From Rhizomicrobium sp. (GTDB taxonomy: Bacteria > Pseudomonadota > Alphaproteobacteria > Micropepsales > Micropepsaceae), in assembly GCA_035570795.1 (NCBI GenBank), contig DATMKZ010000044.1:282-64281 (forward strand): a DNA stretch of 64,000 bases, in the 5' to 3' direction. Shown here one piece after another: positions 46,435 to 55,488 of this stretch. Positions within the stretch are counted from its first letter, which is position 1; every line of letters starts with the position of its first letter. The notes beneath the pieces are model-generated. The model did no database searches. It was not told the origin of the DNA and saw nothing but the letters and a program-made list of their open reading frames with translations. The translations under genes and the position numbers were made by a program.

Positions 46435-48591
46435 ATGTCGTTCCAGGGAATTAACCCACATTCGGCCGCGCCGCCCGACGCCCGCAACGGACCGCCGCCG
46501 GCGCCGTCCGAGCTTGCCGATATCCTGGCGGGCCTGCGCGCCCGCAGCGGCCTGATCCTGCGCATCACCGTCCTCGTCGTCGCGGTGGCGATCGTCACGG
46601 TCTGCCTGATGCCGACGCGCTATTCCTCGTCGGCGGTCGTGATGCTCGATCCGCGCAAGAACACGGTCGCCGATCTGTCGGCGGTGCTCTCGGCGCTGCC
46701 CACCGATCCGGCTTCGCTGCAGAACCAGATCCAGATCCTGCAATCGCGCGATCTCGCAGCCGAAGTCATCGCCAAGCTGAAGCTTTACGACGATCCGGAG
46801 TTCAACGGCGCGCTGCAGCAGAGCGTCGGCGGCGCGCTGCTCGCATCGCTCAATCCCAGGCACTGGTTCTCCGACGGTCCCCAGGCGGTCGATCCCAATG
46901 TCGAGCGCGACGCGATCATCGATGCGTTCCTCGCGCATCTGTCGGCCGAAACGCTCGGCCTGTCGACGACGGTGACGGTGACGTTCACCTCGCGCGACGC
47001 CGGCAAGGCGGCCCGCATCGCCGATGCCGTCGTCGAAACCTATGTCGGCGACCTCGTCGAGGCCAAGCTGCGCGCCTCGGATTCGACCAGCGCCTGGCTG
47101 ACGCAGCGCATCCGCGACCTCGGCAACCAGGTGCAGATACAGGAGGCCGCGGCGCTGACCTACCGGGCGCAGCACAATCTGGATTCCAGCGCCGCCGGCA
47201 CCTCGCTGATCGAGGCGCAGCTCGGCGGCATCAACGGGCAAATCGTGCAGGCCCGTGCCGATCTCTCGGCCAAGGTCGCGGTCTACAACCAGGTGCAAAG
47301 CCTGATGCAGGCAGGCAATCCCGCCGACATCTCGCAGGTCATCGCCTCGCCGCTGATCATCCAACTGCGCACGCAGCAGGCCGATCTGCTGCGCCAGCAG
47401 GCGGCGCTGGCGATTCCCTATGGGCCGCGCCATCCCAAGCGCATCGCCGTCGACAACCAGCTGAAAGACCTCGACCAGAAGATCGACGAGGAAGCCGCCC
47501 GCATCGCCAGCGCGCTGGCGAGCGATGTCGCCGTGGCGCGCGCCCAGCTCGGTTCGCTGCAGGGCAGCCTGCATTCGACGCAGCACCAGGCCTCGGGCCA
47601 GGACCTGACGGCGGTGAAGTTGCGCGCGCTGGAAGCGGCCGCCGACTCGTCGCGCAAGCTCTATGAATCCTTCCTCGGCCGGCTGACCGGCATCCAGGAC
47701 CAGGACGGCCTGCAATATCCCGACGCGCATGTGATCTCGCGCGCGCCGGTGCCGAGTGCGCCAAGTTCGCCGCCGCGGCTGCTGATCGTCGCCGCGTCGC
47801 TGCCGGCAGGCCTGTTGCTGGGTTGCCTCGCGGCATTGCTGACGCTGCGCTTCGCCGGCGCACCGCGCGCCGCCGTAGCGCGTACCCGTCCGGTGCGCCG
47901 ACCGGTTCCGGCTCCGGCACCGGCCTATCGCGGTCCGCCGATCCTCGCCGAGGTGCCCGGCGCGCTCGCCGAGGGCGCGGCCGATCACATCGTCGACTGG
48001 CCGGCCTCGCCCTTTGCGCGCGCCATCACCGCCTTGCTGGCGCGCGTCGCGCCCCCGGCGGGCGCGGGTAGCGGCCGGATCGTCGCGGTGACGACGTCGG
48101 AATCGCAGAACGCCGGCAGCACCGTTGCCGTGGCGCTGGCGCGCGCGGCCGCAAAGGCGGGTTTGCGCACCATCATCGTCGATGGGCATCTGCTGCGGCC
48201 GGCCATCGCCGAAGCGACCGGCGCGCGCGTCCAGGCCGGCCTGCTCGAGGTGCTGGCCGGCAAGACGACCCTCAACCGCGCCCTGATGCGCGATCCGCGC
48301 TCGAACGCCCTGATCCTCGGCGGCCTGCAACCGGCGCGCGATCCCGCGGCCGCGCTGGCTTCGCCCCGGACCCAGGAACTCTTCGCCCATCTGCGGGCCA
48401 TCTGCGATCTCGTCGTCGTGGCGGCGCCCCCGGTCATGGCCTCGGCCGAAGCGCCCAGCTTCGCCCGGCTGGCCGACGCCGTCGTGATGGTGGCGCGGCC
48501 CGAGGAAGGCCCGCGGCCCGGCCTGTCCAAGGCGTTGCAGACGCTCGGCCAGTGGCGCTCGGCCCCGGTCGGCATGGTCCTGGTCCGCTAA
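46435..48591 (+). CDS. Wzc/GumC-like polysaccharide co-polymerase with a degenerate tyrosine-kinase domain
   Basis: TM - coiled-coil periplasmic region - TM - P-loop-like tail. The Walker motifs are altered. Confidence 0.85.
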   Translation: MSFQGINPHSAAPPDARNGPPPAPSELADILAGLRARSGLILRITVLVVAVAIVTVCLMPTRYSSSAVVMLDPRKNTVADLSAVLSALPTDPASLQNQIQILQSRDLAAEVIAKLKLYDDPEFNGALQQSVGGALLASLNPRHWFSDGPQAVDPNVERDAIIDAFLAHLSAETLGLSTTVTVTFTSRDAGKAARIADAVVETYVGDLVEAKLRASDSTSAWLTQRIRDLGNQVQIQEAAALTYRAQHNLDSSAAGTSLIEAQLGGINGQIVQARADLSAKVAVYNQVQSLMQAGNPADISQVIASPLIIQLRTQQADLLRQQAALAIPYGPRHPKRIAVDNQLKDLDQKIDEEAARIASALASDVAVARAQLGSLQGSLHSTQHQASGQDLTAVKLRALEAAADSSRKLYESFLGRLTGIQDQDGLQYPDAHVISRAPVPSAPSSPPRLLIVAASLPAGLLLGCLAALLTLRFAGAPRAAVARTRPVRRPVPAPAPAYRGPPILAEVPGALAEGAADHIVDWPASPFARAITALLARVAPPAGAGSGRIVAVTTSESQNAGSTVAVALARAAAKAGLRTIIVDGHLLRPAIAEATGARVQAGLLEVLAGKTTLNRALMRDPRSNALILGGLQPARDPAAALASPRTQELFAHLRAICDLVVVAAPPVMASAEAPSFARLADAVVMVARPEEGPRPGLSKALQTLGQWRSAPVGMVLVR

Positions 48592-48727
48592 GCCCCTGGC
48601 AGCGCGGCCATTTACCTCATCCCGAGAGATGGAGGCCAATTTAGGTGGAAAGGCCGAGGTTCGGCTTGCCCTGACCCCCTCCTTCCCGTTAAGTGCGGCC
48701 CGTTAAAAGAAGTGGGGCACCCGCCAT

Positions 48728-49303
48728 ATGCCGTTTGACTTGAATAGTACGCCCATGCGCAGCGCCATTGCGGTCCTGCTCCTGGTGATCGGGCTCCTCG
48801 CGGGCTGGTTCGGCCACAAGGCCCTCTCCGCGCCGGCGGACCTGCCGACCGTCGCAGTCTATGACGATTGGCGCCTCGCCTGTCCCAAGCTCAGCGACAA
48901 GGACGCGACCTGCGAGCTGCAGCAGGACGTCCTGGACGCCAAAAGCCATACCGAGCTGGCACGCCTGTCGATCTTCCGCCTCAAGGACGCCTCGACGATG
49001 ATCGTGACGGTGCCCTACAACGTCCTGCTCGATCCGGGCATCGGCCTGGCGCTCGGCAAGGACAAGCCGCGGGTCTATCCGTTCGAGACTTGCAACGGCG
49101 TCGGCTGCGTCGTGCGCATCCCCTATGACGACGACCTCGCCAAGGCGATTGCCGCGACAAGCGATGCGCGCATCCTGTTCGCCGGCCTCGACGGCAAGCC
49201 CGTCGGCCTTCCCTTTTCCCTGAAAGGCTTTGTCGACGCGAGCAAGGCGTTCGAAAGCAACGAAGCCAAGCGCCGTTCCTGGTGGCGGAGATTGTGGTCA
49301 TGA
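48728..49303 (+). CDS. Invasion-associated locus B (IalB) family protein
   Basis: YDDWRLAC..CELQQ, CNGVGC and PFSLKGF. Confidence 0.8.
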   Translation: MPFDLNSTPMRSAIAVLLLVIGLLAGWFGHKALSAPADLPTVAVYDDWRLACPKLSDKDATCELQQDVLDAKSHTELARLSIFRLKDASTMIVTVPYNVLLDPGIGLALGKDKPRVYPFETCNGVGCVVRIPYDDDLAKAIAATSDARILFAGLDGKPVGLPFSLKGFVDASKAFESNEAKRRSWWRRLWS

Positions 49304-49944
49304 CATCGATTCGTGCAAGCATTGCCGGCGCGCTGGCGCTCGGCCTCATCGCGTTCGGCGCCGCATCGGCGGATCCCGCCCCGGCACCCGGCGCGCCGGT
49401 GCAGCCCAGCGAGACCAAGCCGTTCGGCGATTGGACGGTGCGCTGCTATCCCGTCAACTCGCCGTCGCCTTGCGACATGTTCGAGCTTCTGGCCAACAAG
49501 CAGTCCGGCCAGCGCGTCATGAGCATCTCCATCGCTTATATGCCGGCCGGCGATCGCCATGTGATCCAGATCGCGGTACCGCTCGGCGTCTCGATCCAGA
49601 AGGGCCTCCTGCTGTCGTCCGACGCCTATGCCTCGCCGCAGCTGCACTATCGCCGCTGCGACCGTGGCGGCTGCTATGTCGAGATGCTGATCGACAACGC
49701 GGCGGTGACCGCGCTCGGCAGCGGCACCGGCGCGGCGAAGATCCGCATCGTCGCCGACGGCGGCAAGGTGTTCGACATTCCGTTCTCGCTGAACGGCTTT
49801 GCCGACGCGCATGGCGCGATGGCCGACCTGGCGCGCAAGAAGACGGCCAAGCCGGCGGATGCGCCGACCACGCCCGAAGCGCCGCCCGCGCCGGCACCGG
49901 ACGCCACGCCGGCACCCGATGCGACGCCCGCACCGACGCCGTAA
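49300..49944 (+). CDS. IalB family protein with a Pro/Ala-rich tail
   Basis: Signal peptide, FGDWTVRC..CDM, CDRGGC, FSLNGF and C-terminal PAPDAT repeats. ATGA overlap with the previous gene. Confidence 0.8.
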   Translation: MTSIRASIAGALALGLIAFGAASADPAPAPGAPVQPSETKPFGDWTVRCYPVNSPSPCDMFELLANKQSGQRVMSISIAYMPAGDRHVIQIAVPLGVSIQKGLLLSSDAYASPQLHYRRCDRGGCYVEMLIDNAAVTALGSGTGAAKIRIVADGGKVFDIPFSLNGFADAHGAMADLARKKTAKPADAPTTPEAPPAPAPDATPAPDATPAPTP

Positions 49945-50022
49945 CAGCGTTCGAACCTGTTTTTGGAGAACGGCTCATGCCTCGCATGGGTCGTTTTCTT
50001 TTGCGGCTTCGCCGAAGGGCGG

Positions 50023-50679
50023 CTAGGCGCGCCGCGCCGTCCGCCGCAGGCGCCAGAATGCCAGCGCAACCGCGCCGGCCAGGGCGAACGCCAGCACAAC
50101 CCAGCGCACATGTTCCTTCGCGAACCAGTGCCAGGCAAAAATGACCGGCCCGAGCGCGGCGGTTCCGAGCGCGCCCAGCATCAGCAGGGCGGCCGACCAG
50201 ACGATCGCCGAGGTGATGTTGGCGATCTGGAACGGCCAGAACTTCATCTGCGAAATGCCGGCCACGATCGGCACGGTGGCGCGGAACGGGCCCATGAATC
50301 GGCCGATGAAGATTGCCCACACGCCCCAGCGGCGGAAGAAGGCGAGCGCCTTGTCCATCTGCGGGCGATAGCGCGACACCGGCCAGACGGCGAGGGCATG
50401 CTCCTTGTAATGGTGCCCGATCCAGTAGGAGATCCAGTCTCCCAGGATGGCGCCGATCGCGGCGCCCAGCCAGATCGGCACCGGATTGATGCCGGTCGCC
50501 TGCACCACCACGCCCAGCCCGACCAGGATGGTGGTGCCGGGCACCAGGAACGAGATTCCGACGAAGGATTCGGCGAAGGCCGAGCCCAGCGCGATGGCGA
50601 AGGCCGATTCGGGGTGTGCCTTGGCGAAGCCCAGCAGCCAGGCGGCCGCGTGGCCGATCCAGGCGAAAAATGCATGCAT
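50023..50679 (-). CDS. DedA family membrane protein
   Basis: FAES..PGTTIL, GAILGDWISYWIG and IFIGRFMGPFRATVP. Confidence 0.9.
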   Translation of the reverse strand: MHAFFAWIGHAAAWLLGFAKAHPESAFAIALGSAFAESFVGISFLVPGTTILVGLGVVVQATGINPVPIWLGAAIGAILGDWISYWIGHHYKEHALAVWPVSRYRPQMDKALAFFRRWGVWAIFIGRFMGPFRATVPIVAGISQMKFWPFQIANITSAIVWSAALLMLGALGTAALGPVIFAWHWFAKEHVRWVVLAFALAGAVALAFWRLRRTARRA

Positions 50680-50871
50680 TGGGACGAAATCCGCTGAAGG
50701 AACCGGTCGGCCAGGGGCCGTGTTACAATCACGATATGGTGGCTTTTGGGCTGCCTGTCCAATGGACCCGCGACACTTTCGACAAAATTCGCGACTATCG
50801 GTTTGTTAATTCACCCGCGGCGGGCGTTTCTGCCAGATTTCCGCCGGTTTTTCCGCGGCACAAGCGAGACG

Positions 50872-52368
50872 ATGATGAGCAGTCCCGGCAGCCTGAAGGG
50901 CGTTCTTGACGCCGCCGCCCAGCATACCGACCGGGCCTGGCGCTGGAGCGCCGACCGCATGCCCGGCGGGCGGCGCGCGCTGTGGATTCTGCTCGGCCTG
51001 CTGCTGCTGGGGGTGGTGGTCTGGCGCGCCTGGCCGTCCTCGGACACCACCAAGAGCCGCTTCGGCGGTGGTGGCGCGGCGCAAGCGGTCGGCGTCGCCA
51101 CCGCCACCAGCGGCGACATGGACATCACGCTGAACGCGCTGGGCACGGTGACCCCGCTCGCCACCGTCACGGTGCGGCCGCAGGTCGGCGGCCAGATCAT
51201 GAAATTCTATTTCACCGAGGGCCAGATGGTGAAAGCCGGCGACCTGCTGGCACAGATCGATCCGCGCCCGTTCCAAGCCGCGCTCGCCCAGGCCCAAGGC
51301 CAGGCGGAGCGCGACCGCGCCAACCTCAACAACGCCCTTGTCGACCTCAAGCGCTTCAAGTCGCTGAACGACGTCAAGGCGATCTCGCAGCAGCAATATG
51401 CGACGCAGGCCGCTTTGGTGCAGTCGGACCAGGGCATCGTCCGCTCCGACGAGGCGAACGTCCAGGCCGCGGCGATCAATCTCAGCTATGCGCGCATCAC
51501 CTCGCCGGTCGGCGGCCGCGTCGGCCTGCGCCAGGTCGATCTCGGCAACACCGTCTCGGCCGGACAGACGGCCGGCATCGTCGTGGTGACGCAGCTGCAG
51601 CCGATCACCGTGCTGTTCTCGCTGCCGGAGGACAATATCGGCGATGTCATGGCGCGCCTCAACGGCGGCGCCACGCTGACGGTGTTCGCCTACGACCGCG
51701 GCCAGAGCGTGCTCCTGGCGACCGGAACGCTCTCCACCGTCGATAACCAGATCGACACCACCACCGGTACGGTGAAGGCGCGGGCGCAATTCGACAACGC
51801 CAAGAGCGAACTGTTTCCCAACCAGTTCGTCAATGTGAGGCTGCTGGTCAATACGCTGCACGACCAGACGCTGATTCCGGTTGCCGCCGTGCAGCGCGGC
51901 GCCCAAGGCAATTACGTCTTCGTGGTGCAGCCCGACAAGACGGTGGCGATGCGCACCGTCACGCTGGGCCCCGGCGACGCCACGCATGTCAGCGTCGTGC
52001 AAGGGCTCAAGCCCGGCGACACGGTCGTGGTCGACGGCGCCGATCGCCTGCGCGACGGCGCCGAGGTGACGCTGCCGAATGCGGCGGCGCCCATTTCCAA
52101 GCCGAGCGGCACGGCCGCTTCCGGCGGCGGCGCACCGGCGGGCGGCGCTTCGGGCGACCGGCGCGCCAAGATGCGCGCGGTTCTGGCCTCGCCGGTCTGC
52201 AAGAGCGATGTCGACAAGTACTGCGCCGGCAAGACCGGGCGCGACATGTTCATGTGCATTCGCGAAAATCGCGACAGCTTCAGCGATGCATGCACGGCCG
52301 CCCTCAAGAAGCTGCGCGGCAACCGCGGCGGCGGTGGAGGCGGCGGTGGCGGAGGCGGCGGGCCGTAA
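50872..52368 (+). CDS. mdtA: RND efflux periplasmic adaptor MdtA with an extra C-terminal Cys-rich domain
   Basis: ALGTVTP..TVRPQVGG, IDPRPFQ, SPVGGRVGLRQVD, DNQIDTTTGTVK and LFPNQFVN. Confidence 0.9.
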   Translation: MMSSPGSLKGVLDAAAQHTDRAWRWSADRMPGGRRALWILLGLLLLGVVVWRAWPSSDTTKSRFGGGGAAQAVGVATATSGDMDITLNALGTVTPLATVTVRPQVGGQIMKFYFTEGQMVKAGDLLAQIDPRPFQAALAQAQGQAERDRANLNNALVDLKRFKSLNDVKAISQQQYATQAALVQSDQGIVRSDEANVQAAAINLSYARITSPVGGRVGLRQVDLGNTVSAGQTAGIVVVTQLQPITVLFSLPEDNIGDVMARLNGGATLTVFAYDRGQSVLLATGTLSTVDNQIDTTTGTVKARAQFDNAKSELFPNQFVNVRLLVNTLHDQTLIPVAAVQRGAQGNYVFVVQPDKTVAMRTVTLGPGDATHVSVVQGLKPGDTVVVDGADRLRDGAEVTLPNAAAPISKPSGTAASGGGAPAGGASGDRRAKMRAVLASPVCKSDVDKYCAGKTGRDMFMCIRENRDSFSDACTAALKKLRGNRGGGGGGGGGGGGP

Positions 52369-52389
52369 GACCAGGGCGCGGCGACAGGC

Positions 52390-55300
52390 ATGAATCCCTC
52401 CGCTCCCTTCATCGTGCGGCCGGTCGCGACGTCGCTGCTGATGATCGCGATCCTGCTCGTCGGGCTGGTCGGCTATTCCTACCTGCCGCTCTCGGCGCTG
52501 CCGGAAGTCGATTATCCGACCATCCAGGTCCAGACCTTCCTGCCCGGCGCCAGCCCCGAGGTGATGACCTCGTCGGTCACCGCGCCGCTGGAAAAGCAGT
52601 TCGGCCAGATGCCGGGGCTCAACCAGATGTCGTCGGTCAGCTCCGCCGGCGCCTCGGTCATCACGCTGCAGTTCGATCTCAGCCTCAATCTCGACATCGC
52701 CGAGCAGGAAGTGCAGGCGGCGATCAATGCCGGCGGCAATCTGCTGCCGCAGAGCCTGCCGGCGCCGCCGGTCTATGCCAAGGTCAATCCGGCCGACGCG
52801 CCGATCATCACCCTGGCGATCGGCTCCAAGTCGCTGCCGTTGACCCAGGTGCAGGAGCTCGCCGACACCCGCATCGCGCAGAAGATCTCGCAGCTTTCGG
52901 GCGTCGGCCTCGTCAGCATCGCCGGCGGCCAGAAGCCCGCGGTGCGGGTGCAGGCCAATCTGCAGGCGCTGGCTTCGTACGGCCTCAACATCGACGACCT
53001 GCGCACCACCATCGCCAATGCCAATTCGAACGCGCCCAAAGGCAGCTTCGACGGCGCGGCGCAGTCCTACACCATCGACGCCAACGACCAGATCCAGACG
53101 CCCGAGGAATACAAGAACATCGTCGTGGCCTATCGCAACGGCGCCCCGGTGCACCTCTCCGACGTTGCGACCGTGGTGGAGAGCGCCGAGAACGTGAAGC
53201 TGCTCAGCTGGATGAACAAGACGCCGTCCATCCTGCTCAACGTCCAGCGCCAGCCGGGCGCCAACGTCATCGCGGTGGTGGACAGCATCAAGAAGATGCT
53301 GCCGCAGATCCTCTCCGGCCTGCCGGCCGGCATCGACGTGACGGTCCTGACCGACCGCACGACGACGATCCGCGCCTCGGTCGCAGACGTTGAGTTCGAG
53401 CTGTTCCTGGCGGTGGTGCTCGTCGTCCTGGTGATCTTCGCCTTCCTGCGCAACATCCCGGCGACCTTCATCCCCAGCCTGTCGGTGCCGCTTTCCATCA
53501 TCGGTACGTTCGCGGCGATGTACCTGCTGGGCTATTCGCTCAACAACCTGTCGCTGATGGCGATGACCATCGCGGCGGGCTTCGTGGTCGACGATGCCAT
53601 CGTGATGATCGAGAACATCACGCGCTACCTGGAGGAGGGCGAGTCGCCCCTGCAGGCGGCGCTCAAGGGTGCCGGCGAGATCGGCTTCACCATCGTCTCG
53701 CTGACCGTGTCGCTGATCGCGGTGCTGATCCCGCTGCTGTTCATGCAGGAGGTCGTCGGCCGGCTGTTCCGCGAGTTCGCCGTGACGCTGGCGATCACCA
53801 TCCTGATCTCCGCGGTGGTGTCGCTGACCCTGGTGCCGATGCTGTGCGCCAAGCTGCTGCGCCGCCACAAGGAACCGGTGCGCGGCTCTCTGGCGCAGAA
53901 ATCGGAGGAGTATTTCAATCGCGTCATCGCCGAATACGACCGCCTGCTGACCTGGGTGCTGGATCGCCAGCCGCTGACGCTGCTCATTGCTGTGGCGACG
54001 CTGGCGCTGACGGTTTTTCTCTACATCATCATTCCCAAGGGCTTCTTCCCGACCCAGGACACCAGCCTGGTGCAGGGCATCACCCAGGCCGGGCCGACCG
54101 TCTCGTTCGACGAGATGTCGCGGCGCCAGCAGGCGCTGGTGGATGCTGTGCTCGCCGATCCCAATGTCGAGAGCCTGTCGTCCTTCATCGGCGTCGACGG
54201 CACCAACGACACGCTCAACAGCGGTCGCCTCCTGATCAACCTCAAGCCCAAGGACGAGCGCAGCGACAGCGTGACGACGGCGATCCAGGGCATCCTCGAC
54301 CGCGTCCACGACGTCGCCGGCATCTCGCTCTACCTGCAGCCGGTGCAGGACCTGACCATCGACTCCACCGTCAGCCGCGCGCAGTACCAGTTCGTGCTGG
54401 AGGATGCGAGCTCGGCGACGCTGCGCCAGTGGGTGCCGAAATTGCTCGAGAAGCTCAATGCCCGGCCGGAGCTGCAGAACGTATCGACCGCCTATCTCGA
54501 CCGCGGCCTGTCGGCGACCGTCGTGGTCGACCGCGATACCGCGGCGCGCTTCGGCATCACCGCGGCTACCATCGACAACGCTCTCTACGACGCCTTCGGC
54601 CAGCGCATCATCTCGACCATTTTCACGCAGTCCAACCAGCGCCGCGTCATCCTGGAGTCCGACCCCGGCGTGCAGAACTCGCTGGGCTCGGTCGGCGACA
54701 TCCACATGCCGTCGGCCGGCGGCGGCCAGGTGCCGCTCTCGGCCTTCGCCCATGTCGAACCCGTCCCGATGCCGCTGGAAGTCGACCATCTGGGCCAGTT
54801 TCCCGCCGCCTCGATCTCGTTCGACGTGGCGCCCGGCTATTCGCTGGGTGCCGCGGTCGACGCGGTGCGCGCCGGCGAGGCCGATGCAGGCCTGCCGGCC
54901 AGCATCACCACCGAATTCGAGGGCTCGGCGCTGGCCTTCCAGTCGGCGCTCGGCAACGAACTCCTGCTGATCCTGGCTGCCATCGTCACGGTCTACATCG
55001 TGCTCGGGGTGCTCTATGAAAGCTTCATTCACCCGGTCACGATCCTCTCGACGCTGCCGTCGGCCGGCGTCGGCGCGCTCCTGGCGCTGATCGTCTCGGG
55101 CAACGATCTCGGCATCGTCTCGATCATCGGCATCATCCTCCTGATCGGTATCGTCAAGAAGAACGCCATCATGATGATCGACTTCGCGCTGGAGGCGGAG
55201 CGCAACGAGGGCAAGTCGCCGCGTGAGGCCATTCATCAGGCGGCGTTGCTGCGTTTTCGGCCGATCCTGATGACCACCGTGGCGGCGCTGTTCGGCGCGC

Positions 55301-55488
55301 TGCCGCTGATGCTGGGCAGCGGCACGGGCTCGGAGCTGCGTCATCCGCTCGGCATCTCCATCGTCGGCGGCCTGCTCGTCAGCCAGCTCCTGACGCTGTT
55401 CACCACGCCCGTCATCTACATCTATTTCGATCGGCTGGGCGGCCAGGTGCGCGACTGGCGCGCGCGGCGGGGGGCGCAGCCCGCGTGA
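52390..55488 (+). CDS. mdtB: RND efflux permease MdtB
   Basis: [55 protein letters not shown] and [15 protein letters not shown]. Confidence 0.92.
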   Translation: MNPSAPFIVRPVATSLLMIAILLVGLVGYSYLPLSALPEVDYPTIQVQTFLPGASPEVMTSSVTAPLEKQFGQMPGLNQMSSVSSAGASVITLQFDLSLNLDIAEQEVQAAINAGGNLLPQSLPAPPVYAKVNPADAPIITLAIGSKSLPLTQVQELADTRIAQKISQLSGVGLVSIAGGQKPAVRVQANLQALASYGLNIDDLRTTIANANSNAPKGSFDGAAQSYTIDANDQIQTPEEYKNIVVAYRNGAPVHLSDVATVVESAENVKLLSWMNKTPSILLNVQRQPGANVIAVVDSIKKMLPQILSGLPAGIDVTVLTDRTTTIRASVADVEFELFLAVVLVVLVIFAFLRNIPATFIPSLSVPLSIIGTFAAMYLLGYSLNNLSLMAMTIAAGFVVDDAIVMIENITRYLEEGESPLQAALKGAGEIGFTIVSLTVSLIAVLIPLLFMQEVVGRLFREFAVTLAITILISAVVSLTLVPMLCAKLLRRHKEPVRGSLAQKSEEYFNRVIAEYDRLLTWVLDRQPLTLLIAVATLALTVFLYIIIPKGFFPTQDTSLVQGITQAGPTVSFDEMSRRQQALVDAVLADPNVESLSSFIGVDGTNDTLNSGRLLINLKPKDERSDSVTTAIQGILDRVHDVAGISLYLQPVQDLTIDSTVSRAQYQFVLEDASSATLRQWVPKLLEKLNARPELQNVSTAYLDRGLSATVVVDRDTAARFGITAATIDNALYDAFGQRIISTIFTQSNQRRVILESDPGVQNSLGSVGDIHMPSAGGGQVPLSAFAHVEPVPMPLEVDHLGQFPAASISFDVAPGYSLGAAVDAVRAGEADAGLPASITTEFEGSALAFQSALGNELLLILAAIVTVYIVLGVLYESFIHPVTILSTLPSAGVGALLALIVSGNDLGIVSIIGIILLIGIVKKNAIMMIDFALEAERNEGKSPREAIHQAALLRFRPILMTTVAALFGALPLMLGSGTGSELRHPLGISIVGGLLVSQLLTLFTTPVIYIYFDRLGGQVRDWRARRGAQPA

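Noticed and set aside
48685-48706. CCCGTTAA direct repeat as a full CtrA site
   Set aside because: TTAA spacing is 10, not 7; at most half-sites.
49860-49941. Short tandem repeat as a CRISPR or VNTR locus
   Set aside because: Only 2-3 imperfect 18-bp in-frame units encoding a Pro/Ala tail; no spacers or cas genes.
50806-55344. 1512-aa minus-strand ORF (also 55728-58361)
   Set aside because: Antisense to mdtABC; no recognisable domain.
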